A program made the position numbers and the translations under genes. A stretch of 64,000 nt of DNA from Caecitellus pseudoparvulus (lineage: Eukaryota; Protista; Bigyra: Bicosoecida): assembly GCA_965644315.1 (NCBI GenBank), contig CBFFRQ010000069.1:806001-870000 (forward strand), written 5' to 3'. Below, one piece after another: positions 61,401 to 64,000 of this stretch (its first letter is position 1; the number at the start of each line of letters is the position of its first letter). The notes below the pieces were generated by a model that was given only the letters and a program-made list of their open reading frames with translations, did not search any database and had not been told where the DNA came from.

Positions 61401-64000
61401 AACGGCAGCGCGTTGATCAGGCTGAACGACAGCAGCACCAGCGTGGGGGGTCCTGCAGGGACAGGCCGGCAGTTGGAGGTGGCGGTGGCGGAGGGTCTGG
61501 ACTACGAGGCATGGCCGGAGTACAACGTGACGGTGTCTGTGCAGGACAGCGCGGGGAACGAGTCGGTGGTGGTGGTGCGGGTGCAGGTGGTGGACACGGC
61601 TGACCCGCCGATGTTGGCGTCGGGCCCCAGTGCTGTGTCTGTGGCCGAGGAGGCGGCGGGCGTGGAGGTGGGCACCTTTGCGGTGTTTGACCAGGACGCC
61701 GGGTCGACGCTGACGTGGAACATCAGCGACGTGTCCCCATGGAGCGGGTGGGGCTTGTTCGAGCTGAACAGCACCGACACGACGGACGGCACGTGGGGTG
61801 TGAAGACCATGCGCGTGGCGGGCGTGCTGGACTACGAGGATGCACGGGAGTACAACGTGACGCTGACTGTGAGCGACGGCAGCCTGAACCTGACCCACGT
61901 GGTGCGTGTGGAGGTGGTGGATGTGAACGACCCGCCGGTGTTCGTGTCGTGGAGCGCCAATGCGGTGGTGTTTGAGAACGAGGGGGGTGTGTCGTTTGGG
62001 GACGCGTTGGTGGTGGTGGACGAGGACGTGGGCGACGTCTTGACGTGGTCTGTGGTGAGCGTGTCGCCTGTGAACGGCAGCGCGTTGATCAGGCTGAACG
62101 ACAGCAGCACCAGCGTGGGGGGTCCTGCAGGGACAGGCCGGCAGTTGGAGGTGGCGGTGGCGGAGGGTCTGGACTACGAGGCATGGCCGGAGTACAACGT
62201 GACGGTGTCTGTGCAGGACAGCGCGGGGAACGAGTCCGTGGTGGTGGTGCGTGTCTCCGTTGTAAATATCGATGAGCCCCCTGATGTCGACGTTGCGGCA
62301 ACCCGGTTTGTTGGTGAATTGTCTCTCGTTGGTCAGTGTATTGCTCCTGATTTGATTGCCATTGACCCAGATTTTCCAAGTAGCAATGTCAGCTATTTCT
62401 TGGCAAGTTCGACGCCTGACTCCGGAACTTGGACGGTGTTAAACGTGTCAAGTTCTCCTTGGACTGGTTGCCTTCAGCTTCAAGCCCCCCTTGATCAAGA
62501 AACTACGAGCTCGTTTCTTCTGCAGATTTCGTATTGCGACAAGGAGGGTCTGGCAGGCTCCGTATGCACGCAGCAGTCCCTGACCATCGTTGTTGGTGAT
62601 GAGCCTGAGCCTCCCACAGATTTTCTGCCTTCCATTCCAGTGGACGTATTTGAGAATGCCACGGCGGGCCACCTTATCGCGCCAGTTTCAGCCTACGATC
62701 CTGAGGGCGCAGACCTTACATTTTTGTTGGCTGAACCTGCAGTCAATTTGTCTCTTGCGAGCATAGGAGGGGCGGACGGTGAGCTGCGCGTGGCTACCAG
62801 CCTTGATTTTGAGCAAGTTTCACAGTACACTTTGAACGTGTCTGTGACTGACAATCAGACCTTGACTAGCTACTTTGCACTCGTTGTTAATGTGCTGGAT
62901 GTAGACGAGGCTCCCGACCCGAACCCGCGACCGCTGTTCATTGACGAGAACTCTCCGATAGGCTCGCTCATCTTCGAAATGACGGCTTTCGATCCTGAGT
63001 CAGACACGCTCACATGGTCTCTACCGCCCGGAGCCACGCCTGATCAATCAAGTGTTTCCATTGCGCCCAGCTCTGGCACTCTGACTTCAGCAGTTGTGTT
63101 CAACTTTGAAGCTCGCAGCCAGTACTGGCTTCAGATTAATGCCACTGATTCTGCACTGAACACAGGCGGGCGGCTGTTTTCCCTCAGCGTGAATGATGTG
63201 CAAGAGCCACCAGAAGCCATCGACGCGTCAGTGTCATTGGTGGAGAACTCAGCTGCTGGGACCTTAGTCCACAGCTTGAGTTTCACCGACCCTGAAGATG
63301 GAATTGCCAACAAAGTCATCTCCATCATCCAAGGTGACAGCGATGGATTGTTCCAGATCTCCAACACGGGGGCACTTGAGCTCTCCCGTAGCGGTCCAAA
63401 TTTTGAGGAGGATCCTGTGTTCAACCTGACCATTCTAGTTGAAGACGCCACAGGTCTCAACACCACCGCGAGAGTTAATGTGACTGTGGTTGATGTCAAT
63501 GAGGCACCTCTCATTTCAGCTGGTCAGCTGTTCTCTGTCAACGAAACGGCAGATATGGGCTTTGCTTTCTCTGCCCCGGTGGTGGGTTGGGATGTGGACA
63601 ACGACACGGGCTTGGTGTGGACTCTTACAGGTGGTAATGTCAACAACGTCTTCGCTATCGACAGCGCGGGTTACCTATCAGTGGCTGACAATTCCACCCT
63701 TGACTTTGAAACCAGGCCTTCGTACTCTCTGACAGTTGAACTGTCCGATGGGTCGCTGAGTGACACCAAAGTTGTGACTGTGCAAGTTTTAGACCAGAAC
63801 GACATCCCTGTTCTTTCTCCAGTCAATTTCACCATAGCCGAGAACACCGCTGGGGGCACCCTCATCAGCACAGGGGGTCAACCAAGCTTGCTGCCCTTGG
63901 TGAACTACACGTCTGATGAAGACTCCGCCCCGGGTTTCGCACAGCCGTTTTCCTTTGAAGTACTTGCGGGCGACAGTCGGTTTGAAGTGTCTGCAGACGG
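55495..64000 (+). CDS. Giant cadherin-repeat protein (at least 24 EC domains in the window), open at the window end; exon 1 55495-55783, exon 2 from 55858; three -1 frameshifts in the array as assembled
   Basis: Signal peptide MMGPSHIVLGVLLLSRVAAA. 74-nt GTAAGT..CAG intron 55784-55857. Repeated xEN/xEE, DxD, LDYE/LDFE and DVNDPP/DVNEAP calcium-binding motifs. Divergent EC repeats continue after 62250. Confidence 0.9.
56241..62250 (+). repeat. Coding tandem array of ~9 x 672 bp units (224 aa, two cadherin EC domains each), nearly identical
   Basis: Units start with ttggcgtcgggccccag at 56241, 56913, 57585, 58257, 58928, 59599, 60271, 60943 and 61614. They differ only by a few SNPs and G6/G5 indels. 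Confidence 0.98.

Noticed and set aside
56172-61898. Long His/Arg/Val-rich - strand ORFs over the cadherin array
   Set aside because: Antisense artefacts of GTG-rich sense codons, with no recognisable domain.
56241-62250. CRISPR-like or transposon-derived repeat
   Set aside because: The units are 672 bp in-frame cadherin coding sequence with no spacers, terminal repeats or transposase.

Overview
Eukaryotic nuclear DNA from a compact, GC-rich protist genome. A stramenopile is suspected from gene content, but that is inference. The genes are densely packed and have short (mostly 65-83 nt) canonical GT-AG introns, so the ORF track splits or truncates most of them. I reconstructed 12 protein-coding genes by hand: a giant Cys-rich single-pass coiled-coil protein (5' end outside the window), an OSR1/SPAK-type STE20 kinase, a PKA regulatory subunit, Rab geranylgeranyltransferase beta, a secreted Cys-rich repeat protein, a type-B carboxylesterase, a cyclophilin-PDZ protein with a 13-unit FG/Gly-PDZ tandem array, a VIT-vWA protein, a DUF2817/M14-like probable pseudo-peptidase, a DEK1-like multi-pass membrane calpain, a claudin-superfamily tetraspan, and a giant cadherin with a 9 x 672 bp array (3' end outside the window). 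The strongest signal is in the two near-identical coding tandem arrays. They lie on opposite strands, yet both are strongly G-enriched on their own sense strand, with sharp edges. An unhomogenised terminal copy keeps the same domain at normal composition. This suggests a transcription-oriented, G-biased homogenisation process. No rRNA, tRNA, CRISPR array or transposon was recognised.
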